A stretch of 64,000 bases of DNA from an uncultured Chloroflexia bacterium (GTDB taxonomy: Bacteria > Chloroflexota > Limnocylindria > Limnocylindrales > CSP1-4). The notes below the pieces were generated by a model. That model was not told the DNA's origin. It made no database searches and was given only the letters and a program-made list of their open reading frames with translations. Below, piece by piece: positions 40,161 to 48,962 of the stretch (within the stretch, counting starts at the first letter, position 1; every line of letters begins with the position of its first letter). The position numbers and the translations under genes were made by a program. The DNA lies in contig CAVTHS010000014.1 in NCBI GenBank assembly GCA_963734535.1, positions 192,001 to 256,000 of the forward strand, given 5' to 3'.

Positions 40161-40571
40161 CTACGTCACGGGCTCCAGCATCACCACATCACCCGGCTGC
40201 GTCCCGGTCGCAGCTGCCAGCCCGGCGGGCAGCTCCAGGCAGCCGTCCGCGCCGCGCGCGTACCACACGAGGCCAAGCCACGGGCGAAGGTCGGCGCGGA
40301 CCGACACGACCCGGCGCGTGCCATCGGGAGCCGGCCGCGCGAGGAAGACCGCGTCGATCGGGAACCGCATGAAGAACATGTGGATGTTCGAGGTGCGGGT
40401 CAGCCACAGCCCGCCCCCCGGGTTCAGCGCGGGCCGGCCCATCAGGCCACGGAAGCGGGCCCAGAACGAATCGCCCAGCTCCAGGCTGCTCGCGAGCTCC
40501 GTGCCGCGGGTCAGGTTGCGGGCGCTGAGCAACGTCGAACCGGCATCCTGACCGCTGTCAGCGTTACGCAC
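40161..40571 (-). CDS. DUF192-family protein
   Basis: SFWARFRGLMGR, IHMFFMRFPIDAVF, CLELPAG. Confidence 0.85.
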   Translation of the reverse strand: MRNADSGQDAGSTLLSARNLTRGTELASSLELGDSFWARFRGLMGRPALNPGGGLWLTRTSNIHMFFMRFPIDAVFLARPAPDGTRRVVSVRADLRPWLGLVWYARGADGCLELPAGLAAATGTQPGDVVMLEPVT

Positions 40572-40616
40572 GGGGACCGGGGCGCCCTCGCCCGGAGGAC
40601 CCGAGCGACGAGATGG

Positions 40617-41576
40617 TCAGCCGCCTGCCGCGCCGCCGGGCCCGCCGGGGCCCGCCAGGTTCTTGATGATCAGGATGATCGCCGGCCCCAGGATGACCAC
40701 GAACAGCGACGGGAAGATGCACCCGACAAGCGGGAAGAGCATCTTGATCGGTGCCTTGTTGGCCATCTCCTCGGCCCGCTGGCGGCGCTCGATCCGGAGC
40801 TGCTCGGACTGGACCTGGAGCACCTTGCTGATCGAGACGCCCAGCTGCTCGGCCTGGATGATGGCGCCGATGAAGTTGGTGAGCGGCGCCACGTCGGTCC
40901 GCGCGACGATGTCGCGGAGCGCGTCGCGGCGAGCCTTGCCCATCCGGACCTCGGCAAGCGCGCGACGGAACTCGTCGGTGAGCGGTCCGACGAGCTTCTC
41001 GACCACCTTGCCGAGCGCGGCGTCGAAGCCGAGGCCGGCCCGGACGCTGATCGTCAGCAGGTCCAGGGCGTCCGGGATCTGGAGGAGGATGGCGTGCTTG
41101 CGGGCGCTTACCCGCCGGCCCAGCCAGAACTCCGGGGCGATGTAGCCGAACGCGATCCCGGCCACGCCGGTGAGCAGACCGATCACCGGACCGGTGCCGA
41201 GAAGGAACGTGAACAGGAGGAAGAAGAGGATCGCGAAGACGATCGACGACACCGCCTTGATCCCCAGCCAGTCGGCAACACGGAGCTCGCCGGGGTTGCC
41301 GGCCATCGCAAGGCGCTTCTCGGTGGTCGCGCTGAACGACGCAGAGGTGAACCGGGAGACCGTGCCGGACATCCGTCCGACGAGCGGCTTGAGCGTCCGG
41401 TCGAGGAACGGCTGCTGGAGCTCGATCTCCTCCAGGTTCCTCGCCTGCATGGTCCCCAGCTGCGTCAGCCGGGCCTGGACCGGGTCGACGGAGGAGCCGC
41501 CGGCAAGCCCCAGGGCGATCAGGAGGATCGCGAAGGCCGCCGCGGCCGCGATGACGATCGGGAGCAGTGTGCCCAT
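40617..41576 (-). CDS. tadC: Tad pilus platform protein TadC (T2SS-F family)
   Basis: PDALDLL..AGLGFDAAL, QAEQLG, AEE.A.K.PIKMLFPL. Confidence 0.92.
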   Translation of the reverse strand: MGTLLPIVIAAAAAFAILLIALGLAGGSSVDPVQARLTQLGTMQARNLEEIELQQPFLDRTLKPLVGRMSGTVSRFTSASFSATTEKRLAMAGNPGELRVADWLGIKAVSSIVFAILFFLLFTFLLGTGPVIGLLTGVAGIAFGYIAPEFWLGRRVSARKHAILLQIPDALDLLTISVRAGLGFDAALGKVVEKLVGPLTDEFRRALAEVRMGKARRDALRDIVARTDVAPLTNFIGAIIQAEQLGVSISKVLQVQSEQLRIERRQRAEEMANKAPIKMLFPLVGCIFPSLFVVILGPAIILIIKNLAGPGGPGGAAGG

Positions 41577-41580
41577 CGCC

Positions 41581-42594
41581 CTAGACCTCGATGTCCACGA
41601 TCTTACGGATGAACATGAAGCCGATGAACATCATCACCCCGCCGACGCTCATCAGGACGATGCCGGTCGGGATCCCCACGATGCTGACGGCCGGGTCGAA
41701 CATCGGCGCCATGAAGTTCGGCGCGATCAGGAACAGGACCGCGGTCAGGCCGATCGGCAGGAATGCCACCACGTAGCCGGAGATCCGCTGCTGGGCCGTG
41801 AGCGTGCGGATCTCGCCCTTGATCCGCACGCGCTCGCGGATCGTGTACGCGATGGAGTCGAGGATCTCCGCCAGGTTGCCGCCCACCTGGTACTGGATCG
41901 AGATCGCCGTCGCCATGAGATCCAGGTCCTCCGATTCGACGCGGCGGACCATGTTCTGGAGCGCCTTCTCGAAGGGGAGCCCCAGGTTGACCTCGCGGAT
42001 CACGCGCTGGAACTCGGTCGAGATCGGCGGCCGGGACTCGCGAACCACCAGCTCGATGGCCTGCAGGAACGACGACCCTGCCCGGAGGGCGTTGGCCAGG
42101 AGCGTGATCGTGTCCGGGAGCTGCTTGTTGAACGAGTTGAGCCGCCCTCCCTGGCGCCGCTTGACGAAGAAGCGCGGCAGGAAGAAGCCGATGACGGCCC
42201 CGACGAGGAGCACGATCGGGTTCTGGAGCCCCGGCGAGAAGAACCCGAAGATGAACATGATCACGGGGATCCCGACGATCGCGCCCGCCCAGATGAAGAG
42301 ATACTCGCTGACCTTGAGCTTGAGGTCCGCGCGGGCAAGCTCCCGGGCGATGTTCGCCCCGAAGTCGCGCTCCTCGACGATGCGATTGAGCTGGGCGATC
42401 GAGGCCGACTGCGCAATCAGGTCGCTGATGGGACCCTGGCCGGTGGACGGCGCCTTCGTCGTCTGCGGCTGTCCCGATGCGTAGCGCTCGAGGCGGGCCG
42501 TGACGCCGCTCCCGCGGCCGGACGTGGCGATGCCCACGGCGATGAGCAGGATCGCGAGCGCAGCAGCTGCGGCGACGAGAAGAGTCGGCTGCAC
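41581..42594 (-). CDS. tadB: Tad pilus platform protein TadB
   Basis: QLPDTI.LLANALRAG, GGNLAEIL, RERVRIKGEIRTLTAQ. Confidence 0.92.
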   Translation of the reverse strand: MQPTLLVAAAAALAILLIAVGIATSGRGSGVTARLERYASGQPQTTKAPSTGQGPISDLIAQSASIAQLNRIVEERDFGANIARELARADLKLKVSEYLFIWAGAIVGIPVIMFIFGFFSPGLQNPIVLLVGAVIGFFLPRFFVKRRQGGRLNSFNKQLPDTITLLANALRAGSSFLQAIELVVRESRPPISTEFQRVIREVNLGLPFEKALQNMVRRVESEDLDLMATAISIQYQVGGNLAEILDSIAYTIRERVRIKGEIRTLTAQQRISGYVVAFLPIGLTAVLFLIAPNFMAPMFDPAVSIVGIPTGIVLMSVGGVMMFIGFMFIRKIVDIEV

Positions 42595-42617
42595 GATGGA
42601 GCCTCCCGGCCTGCGCC

Positions 42618-44042
42618 CTAGAAGACGAAGCCGAAGAGCCCGGGCGGCAGGTGAATCCCCTGCACCTCGAACTTCTCGACGAACTTGGGACGGATCCCCG
42701 TCGGCTTCAGGCGACCCTGGATCTTGCCCTCGACGACGCCCGTCTGCTCGAAGACGAAGACATCCTGCATCACGATCACGTCACCTTCCATCCCCTGGAC
42801 CTCGGTGATGTTCGTGATCCGCCGCGTTCCGTCCTTGAGCCGGGCCTGGTGCACGATGAGGTCGACGGCCGACGAAACCTGTTCGCGAATGGCACGCAGC
42901 GGGAGATCCACGCCGGCCATCAGGACCATCGTCTCCAGGCGCGACAGCATGTCGCGCGGGCTGTTGGCGTGGCCGGTGGACATCGAGCCGTCGTGGCCCG
43001 TGTTCATGGCCTGGAGCATGTCCAGGGCCTCGCCGGAGCGGCACTCTCCCACGATGATCCGGTCGGGCCGCATCCGGAGCGCGTTCCGGACCAGCTCGCG
43101 GATCGGGATCTGGCCCTTGCCCTCGATGTTCGGGGGGCGGGACTCCAGCGTGACCACGTGCTCCTGGCGAAGCTGCAGCTCGGCCGCGTCCTCGATCGTG
43201 ATGATCCGCTCGTCGTTCGGGATGAACGAGGAGAGCACGTTGAGCGTGGTGGTCTTGCCGGAGCCGGTCCCGCCGGAGACGAAGATGTTGAGTCGAGCCT
43301 CGACGCAGGCCTTGAGGAAGTCGAACATGTCCGGGGTTGCCGTGCCGAACCGGATCAGGTCGTCCACCGTGAACGGGGACGCGGCGAACTTCCGGATGGT
43401 GACGACCGGGCCAACCAGGGAGAGGGGAGGGATGATTGCGTTGACGCGGGATCCGTCGGTCAGCCGCGCATCGACCATCGGGCTCGACTCGTCCACGCGG
43501 CGGCCGATCGGGGCGATGATCCGGTCGATGATCCGCATGACGTGGTCGTCGTTCTGGAACACGACGTTCGTCAGCTCCAGCTTGCCGCTCCGCTCGATGT
43601 AGACCTGGCGCGGGCCGTTGACCATCACCTCGGTGATGGTCTCGTCGCGCAGGAGCGGCTCCAGCGGGCCAAGGCCGATGATCTCGTCGGTGATCTGCTC
43701 CAGCATCCGGACCCGCTCGGCGCGGGTGAGGGCCAGGCCCTCCTCGTCGATGACCTTGCCGAAGATCTCCTCGATCTGGCGCCGAACCTCGACCTGGTTG
43801 GAGAGGTCGAGCTTGGGGTCCAGGTCCTGGATGACCCGCGACTGGATCCGGAACTTGACGTCGCGGAAGGACTCGCGCACCGGCGCCGACGACATGAGGC
43901 GCTGGCTGCTGGGCGCGGCGGCCGGGGGCGCGGTGGGCTGCCCTCCACCCGGTCCCCCCGCGGGAGAGCCGGCGGGCGCGGCCGGCGTCACGGGTCCTGT
44001 TCCCCCGGGCCTCGCACTCTCGATTCGCTTCAGCAGGGACAT
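42618..44042 (-). CDS. cpaF: Tad pilus assembly ATPase CpaF/TadA
   Basis: GLGPLEPLL, SGGTGSGKTT, LRMRPDRIIVGE, MNTGHDGS. Confidence 0.96.
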   Translation of the reverse strand: MSLLKRIESARPGGTGPVTPAAPAGSPAGGPGGGQPTAPPAAAPSSQRLMSSAPVRESFRDVKFRIQSRVIQDLDPKLDLSNQVEVRRQIEEIFGKVIDEEGLALTRAERVRMLEQITDEIIGLGPLEPLLRDETITEVMVNGPRQVYIERSGKLELTNVVFQNDDHVMRIIDRIIAPIGRRVDESSPMVDARLTDGSRVNAIIPPLSLVGPVVTIRKFAASPFTVDDLIRFGTATPDMFDFLKACVEARLNIFVSGGTGSGKTTTLNVLSSFIPNDERIITIEDAAELQLRQEHVVTLESRPPNIEGKGQIPIRELVRNALRMRPDRIIVGECRSGEALDMLQAMNTGHDGSMSTGHANSPRDMLSRLETMVLMAGVDLPLRAIREQVSSAVDLIVHQARLKDGTRRITNITEVQGMEGDVIVMQDVFVFEQTGVVEGKIQGRLKPTGIRPKFVEKFEVQGIHLPPGLFGFVF

Positions 44043-44088
44043 TGTCCAACCACCCCTTCAGCCCCCGAGGGGACGAAATCCGGCGTTC

Positions 44089-45330
44089 CTAGCGCCATGC
44101 GAACAGCGACTTTCGCGGAGCCTGCTTGCGGGCCCCGTCGCGTACCTTCTCCGGCTCCCCGGTCAGCGTCCGGGCCAGGCGAAGGATGTCCTGCGAGACC
44201 TGCGCCTCGCGGTTGCTCAGGAAGAACGGTACTCCCCGGTTGAGCGCATACACAACACTCCGGCCGTCGCTGACGACCGTGTGGTCCACCTTGCGGCCGA
44301 TCGAGTGCTCCACGTCCGCGACGCGGATCCCCAGGGCGGAATCCGCCCGGTTGAGGACCAGCTGCACCTTGTCCGCCGGGTAGCCCAGCTGGTCGGAGAC
44401 CTCGAGGAAGAGCCGCAGGTTCTTGATGCTCGTGATCTCGAGCGTCAGGACGGTCAGGATGGTGTCGGCGATGTCGAGGATGGCCAGCGTGGCGTCGCTG
44501 AACGACGACGCACAATCGACGACCACGAGGTCGTAGCGGCCGCGGAGCACCTCGAGGACCCGCTTGGCAGCCGACGGCGTCACGGTCTCGGCCAGCTCCG
44601 GCGAGGGTGGGGCCAGGAGCACCTTGAGGCCCGACGAGTGGGTCATCAGGAAGGTGTCGAGCAATTCGGGCTCACCGCCCGCTTCGAGCTCGGGCACCAG
44701 GTCGGCGATCGACTTGTTCTTCGGGTTGAGGTTGAGCAGCACCCCGACGTCGCCGAACTGGAACGAGCCGTCGACCAGGGCGACCCGGCTGCCGGGCTCG
44801 GACGCGGCCGCGACCGCAACGTTCACGGCGATCGTGGTCCGGCCCACGCCGCCCTTCGGCGAGAACACGGCCACGATCCGTCCCGGCTCGTGGGCCGCTG
44901 CCGCTGCCCGGGCGACGAGCGCCGCCGGTGCGCCGTACCGCACCCGCTTCTCGTGCTCGCGGAGGTGGACCTGGCGAATCGACGCCGTCAGCTCGTCGGA
45001 GCTGAAGGGCTTGACCAGGAATTCGCGGGCCCCCGCCAGCATGGACCGCCGGAGATAGTCCGCCTCGCCCTGGACGGACATCATCACGATCGCGGTGGTG
45101 GGGACCTGCGCGGAGAGCAGCTCCGTCGCGGTGATCCCGTCCATGTCCGGCATGTTGATATCCATCAGGACCACATCGGGCTGGAGCGCGGCGGCCATCT
45201 GGAGCGCCTCTGCGCCGGACGCCGCGGCTCCCACGACCTCGACGTCCTTCTCGAAGCCAAGCAGCTTCGTCAGGTGGTCGCGCGTCTCCGGGATGTCGTC
45301 GACGATCAGGACGCGGATCTGGTCACTCAT
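44089..45330 (-). CDS. cpaE: CpaE/TadZ: receiver domain plus MinD-like ATPase
   Basis: VLIVDD..LMDINMP..KP receiver; SPKGGVGRTT; position before cpaF. Confidence 0.9.
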   Translation of the reverse strand: MSDQIRVLIVDDIPETRDHLTKLLGFEKDVEVVGAAASGAEALQMAAALQPDVVLMDINMPDMDGITATELLSAQVPTTAIVMMSVQGEADYLRRSMLAGAREFLVKPFSSDELTASIRQVHLREHEKRVRYGAPAALVARAAAAAHEPGRIVAVFSPKGGVGRTTIAVNVAVAAASEPGSRVALVDGSFQFGDVGVLLNLNPKNKSIADLVPELEAGGEPELLDTFLMTHSSGLKVLLAPPSPELAETVTPSAAKRVLEVLRGRYDLVVVDCASSFSDATLAILDIADTILTVLTLEITSIKNLRLFLEVSDQLGYPADKVQLVLNRADSALGIRVADVEHSIGRKVDHTVVSDGRSVVYALNRGVPFFLSNREAQVSQDILRLARTLTGEPEKVRDGARKQAPRKSLFAWR

Positions 45331-45449
45331 GCGATGGCCGGTGCGGTTCCTTCGGATGCTGTGGTTGGGTCACGGGTCGTTGTGGATCAGGGTCGGAGAT
45401 GAAGGGCGGTCCGATCGGGCCGCCGCTCATCCTGGCGAGCGCTGAACGA

Positions 45450-46344
45450 TCAGGGCTGTTCGGTGAGGATGATCTTCGGCGGAATGACGCCGTAGCTGTC
45501 GACGAGCTGGCGCAGCGTGATGCCCGTCGTCTTGACCGCCGGTGCGTCCTTGTCCTTCGGCGATCGGAGGACCAGGGACAGGTTGCCGTCCAGCTGGGTG
45601 AACCGGGCCAGCGACTCCGCCTGCTGGGCCGTCAGTGCCAGGATCACGATCTGCGCCTGGCCGTCGAGGCGGTCGTGGCTTCCGGTGTCGTCCCGGTCGT
45701 TCCCTGCGCCGCGCCCTGCTGGGCCACCGGCGGCGGCAGGATGGTGCCGACCACCTGCACGTTCTGCACCAGGACCTTGACGGTCGTGCTGTTGAGAAGG
45801 TGTTCACGGTGGCGAAATTGCGCACGGTGGACGGAGGCTCACCCTCCTTCGTGGGGGCCTTCTCCACGACGACCGGGTTCTTGGTTGGGTCGTTCATCGA
45901 GAGGACGACGTCCACGCGGTCGCCCGGCTTGATCAGCGTGCCGACGCCGGAGACCTGGTCCACCTGGACCGACACGCCGCCGAGCCCGGGATCAAGGAGC
46001 TGCGCCACGTCGACGAGGGACGCGGCGGCGCTGAACGTCGAGGTGGAGATGTAGCCCCCGGACGTCACGTCCGTGCGGACGATCTTGCCGATGACCGCCT
46101 CCGGCAGTGCGAACGAATCCGCCGGCTTGTCGGCGATCGGGACGTCCTTGGTTGCCACCATCGCTCCGGTGATGGTGGTGCCCAGCGGGATGTCCTGGGC
46201 CGCAACCACGATCTTGGCCGTGGTGGGCTCGGCGGGCGTGCCAGTGCCCGAGGTGCCGTTGTTGGTGAGGAGGATCACCCCCACGAAGGCGACCACGGCC
46301 AGGAACAGGCCGATCAGCAGGATGAGCCGGTTGCTCCGCTTCAA
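45450..46344 (-). CDS. cpaB: Flp pilus assembly protein CpaB/RcpC (frameshifts ~45665-45795)
   Basis: N-terminal TM, SAF domain VVAAQDIP.GT, GVGTLIKPGDRVDV, LSLVLRS. Confidence 0.88.
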
Positions 46345-46503
46345 GGTTCTTCTCCCAGGTCTGCCGGGTGACAGGTGGCACCACTGTAGCATCGTGCAAA
46401 GGCGGCGCGACTATACGAAAGGCCTAGGACCACTAGGAGGAAATGGTCGGAAATCGCTCAGCGATGCCACCCGAAGGAGCGTCGGCTCGGGATCGGGCCG
46501 TCG

Positions 46504-46543
46504 AAGAGACAGAGAAGGGCCGCCGGGTCAAACCCGACGGCCC
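46504..46543 (-). terminator. Intrinsic terminator after last Flp pilin
   Basis: Minus strand GGGCCGTCGGGT-TTG-ACCCGGCGGCCC then TTCTCTGTCTCTT. Confidence 0.75.
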
Positions 46544-46563
46544 CTATCTGTGCGTGCGTGGTG

Positions 46564-46737
46564 CTAGATCGAGCTGCCGACGGTGCTCAGGACCTTGCTG
46601 ACCTGGCCGCCGAGGAAGATGAGGGCGACGATCGCGAGGATCGCGATCAGGGCGAGGATCAGCGCGTACTCCGCGAGTCCCTGGCCCTCCTCATCGCGGA
46701 CGAAAAGCGAAGAGATGAGTGCATACAGACGAGTCAT
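46564..46737 (-). CDS. flp: Flp/type IVb pilin (copy A, probable major pilin)
   Basis: ..DEEG|QGLAEYALILALIAILAIVAL; AAGGAGG RBS. Confidence 0.93.
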   Translation of the reverse strand: MTRLYALISSLFVRDEEGQGLAEYALILALIAILAIVALIFLGGQVSKVLSTVGSSI

Positions 46738-46872
46738 TGTGTTGTTCACCTCCTTCCCTGACGAAGGTCCCCCGCCGAGGCGGGAGCCGCGGTCCCGAGG
46801 GACCGAAACGCGTCGGGGACGCGATCGTCGACGATAGGTATCGAACCCGGCGTCGCCTCAAAGCGCTCCCGA

Positions 46873-46901
46873 AGGCTAGATTTGGTCTCGTTGCCTGTCA
46901 A
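46873..46901 (-). promoter_or_regulatory. Sigma70-type promoter of pilin A
   Basis: TTGACA-N17-TAGCCT on minus strand. Confidence 0.7.
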
Positions 46902-46956
46902 GGACCCCGATGGTCCGGTGGTGCGCCGCCGCGCCAATCGCGGCGACTCGTGGGGG

Positions 46957-47127
46957 TCAGAGAGAGTTCCCGAGCGTGCTCAGGGTCTTGCTGATCTGTC
47001 CGCCCATGAAAAGCAAAGCGACGATCGAAAGGATCGCGATCAGCGCGAGGATCAGCGCGTACTCGGCAAGGCCCTGGCCCTCGTCATCGAGGCGCAGCCA
47101 CGCCCAGATCGAGCTGATGAGTGGCAT
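46957..47127 (-). CDS. flp: Flp pilin (copy B)
   Basis: MPLISSIWAWLRLDDEG|QGLAEYALILALIAILSIVALLF. Confidence 0.92.
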   Translation of the reverse strand: MPLISSIWAWLRLDDEGQGLAEYALILALIAILSIVALLFMGGQISKTLSTLGNSL

Positions 47128-47282
47128 AGGCTCATCTCCCTGGATGATTGCGGCGCCCCACAATTCGGGGCGAACCAAGACTACCCGATCGGTTTGCGAG
47201 GATTCCACTGGCCAAAGGTCCCGATTGCCGTCGGTCACCATGGGCCTTTTGCCTCCGGGTCCGTCGCCGGGCGGCGGGCCGA

Positions 47283-47453
47283 CTAGATCGACTTGCCGAC
47301 GGTGCTCAGGACCTTGCTGACCTGGCCGCCGAGGAAGATGAGGGCGACGATCGCGAGGATCGCGATCAGGGCGAGGATCAGGGCGTACTCCGCGAGTCCC
47401 TGGCCCTCCTCGTCGGAATGGAGCCACGTGTAGATCGAGCTGATGAGTGCCAC
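47283..47453 (-). CDS. flp: Flp pilin (copy C)
   Basis: MALISSIYTWLHSDEEG|QGLAEYALILAL; mature part nearly identical to copy A. Confidence 0.92.
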   Translation of the reverse strand: MALISSIYTWLHSDEEGQGLAEYALILALIAILAIVALIFLGGQVSKVLSTVGKSI

Positions 47454-47596
47454 GGCTACGACTCCCTTGTGACCGCCTGGATGATTGCGCCCCTGATAGG
47501 TCGGGGCCAACGCGGAGTGTGCACTCCTGCGCAACGGCGGACCAATAGTCCATAAGTACTTACGGGTGGGCACACAGGCAGGGATCGTGGCTTCCC

Positions 47597-47758
47597 TCAG
47601 CCCGACTTGTCGATCTCCGTGCCGATGAGGCTCAGCGCCCAGGCGATCTGCGGCTCGAAGAAGAGCAGCGCGATGACCGCGATGATCACGACGAGGGCGA
47701 GGATCAGGGCATACTCCACGATCCCCTGGCCCGCGTTGGCAACCGGCGCCCGCTTCAT
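47597..47758 (-). CDS. Divergent Flp-like pilin (copy D, 53 aa, absent from ORF track)
   Basis: Manual translation MKRAPVANAG|QGIVEYALILALVVIIAVIALLFFEPQIAWALSLIGTEIDKSG*; ATGA overlap with upstream kinase stop. Confidence 0.85.
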   Translation of the reverse strand: MKRAPVANAGQGIVEYALILALVVIIAVIALLFFEPQIAWALSLIGTEIDKSG

Positions 47759-48951
47759 CCCTCGTCGGCGGCGGATGCCTCGTCGGCCGTCGGCGGGATC
47801 GGGACCACGACCTCGATGGTCTGCCCGTCGGCGGCCACGCCGACGCGGCCCCCCAGCGCCGTGGCGCGGTCCGTGATCTCGCGCCGGACCTCGGCCGGCA
47901 CGCCGCCCGCGGCGACGACGGCCGCGCGATCGGCGCGCCGCGTCTCGATCATCGTCACGAGCGCGGCCGGCACGTCGGCGGCGGGCGCGGGAAGCACCGG
48001 CTCCTCGTCGCGCGACGCGATGTGCGCCCGGACGGTGGTCGTCAGCTCGGTGGCGCCCCAGAACAGGGTGACCGTGACGCGCTCCGGGCGGGTCGCGGTG
48101 AGGGCCGTGACCGACTCGTCGACGATGCGGAAGACGGCGCTCTCCAGCTCCATCGGGAGCCGTCGCTCCGGGCCCAGCGAGTCGAACTCCACCGGGACCT
48201 GGGCGCGCCTGCTGCGGTCGCGAGCCACCCGTCGGAGCGTCGGGACGAGGCCCAGGTCGTCGAGCACCATCGGACGGACGTCGAAGATGAACGTCTTCGT
48301 CGTGTCGAGCGTGCGCTGGACCATGCCCACCAGCTCGTGAACCTCCGCGCGGGCAGCCGCCGGATCGCGGTCGATCAGCCGCTCCACGATCTGCGCCTGG
48401 AGGACGATGTTGGTCAGGCTCTGGGCGGGACCGTCGTGCATCGCACGCGAGATGTCGCGACGAAGGTCCTCGAGCGCCGACTGCAGGACGCGGTACATCG
48501 ATGCCGATGCGATCCCGGCTCCCGCGGCCGCGGGGGTGCCGGGCGTTCCGGGCGCCGCCGACCCGGCGGCCGCGGGCGCGACCCGCGCAGGTTCCAGGCC
48601 CGCGAGCGTGGCCACCTCGCCGCGCAGGTTCGCCAGGCCGTCGCGGTAGCGCATCAGGACCTTCTGCTTGCCCTGCAGGACCTCGATCTGGGCGTCCATG
48701 AGCGCGAATCGCTTGGTGAGCGTGACGAGCTGGGCGTTCTGTTCCGCGATCTCGGCCCGGTCCGCGCCCGGCGTGGCGATCAGGGCAGAGAGCTTCTCCG
48801 CGAGGTGGGCGCGCTTCTGCTCGTGGCGGCCGGACTCGCTGCGGGCCTGCCCGGCCAGGAGATCGATCTCGGAAAGCTCGCGCTCCAGGCCCGCGACCTC
48901 ACGGTCGAGAGCCGCCGCGAGGTCGGCAGGGGTGCGCGCGGGCTCCGTCAT
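47755..48951 (-). CDS. DegS-like cytoplasmic HisKA_3 protein with degenerate ATPase domain (putative pseudokinase)
   Basis: Coiled-coil N-terminus, H-box AMHDGPAQSLTN, RPMVLDDLGL; N, G1 and G2 boxes not recognisable. Confidence 0.75.
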   Translation of the reverse strand: MTEPARTPADLAAALDREVAGLERELSEIDLLAGQARSESGRHEQKRAHLAEKLSALIATPGADRAEIAEQNAQLVTLTKRFALMDAQIEVLQGKQKVLMRYRDGLANLRGEVATLAGLEPARVAPAAAGSAAPGTPGTPAAAGAGIASASMYRVLQSALEDLRRDISRAMHDGPAQSLTNIVLQAQIVERLIDRDPAAARAEVHELVGMVQRTLDTTKTFIFDVRPMVLDDLGLVPTLRRVARDRSRRAQVPVEFDSLGPERRLPMELESAVFRIVDESVTALTATRPERVTVTLFWGATELTTTVRAHIASRDEEPVLPAPAADVPAALVTMIETRRADRAAVVAAGGVPAEVRREITDRATALGGRVGVAADGQTIEVVVPIPPTADEASAADEG

Positions 48952-48962
48952 CCGGTTGAGCG

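Noticed and set aside
46564-47758. Repeated sequence that could be read as a CRISPR or non-coding repeat array
   Set aside because: The repeats are the coding regions of paralogous Flp pilins; there is no constant repeat-spacer periodicity and no cas gene.
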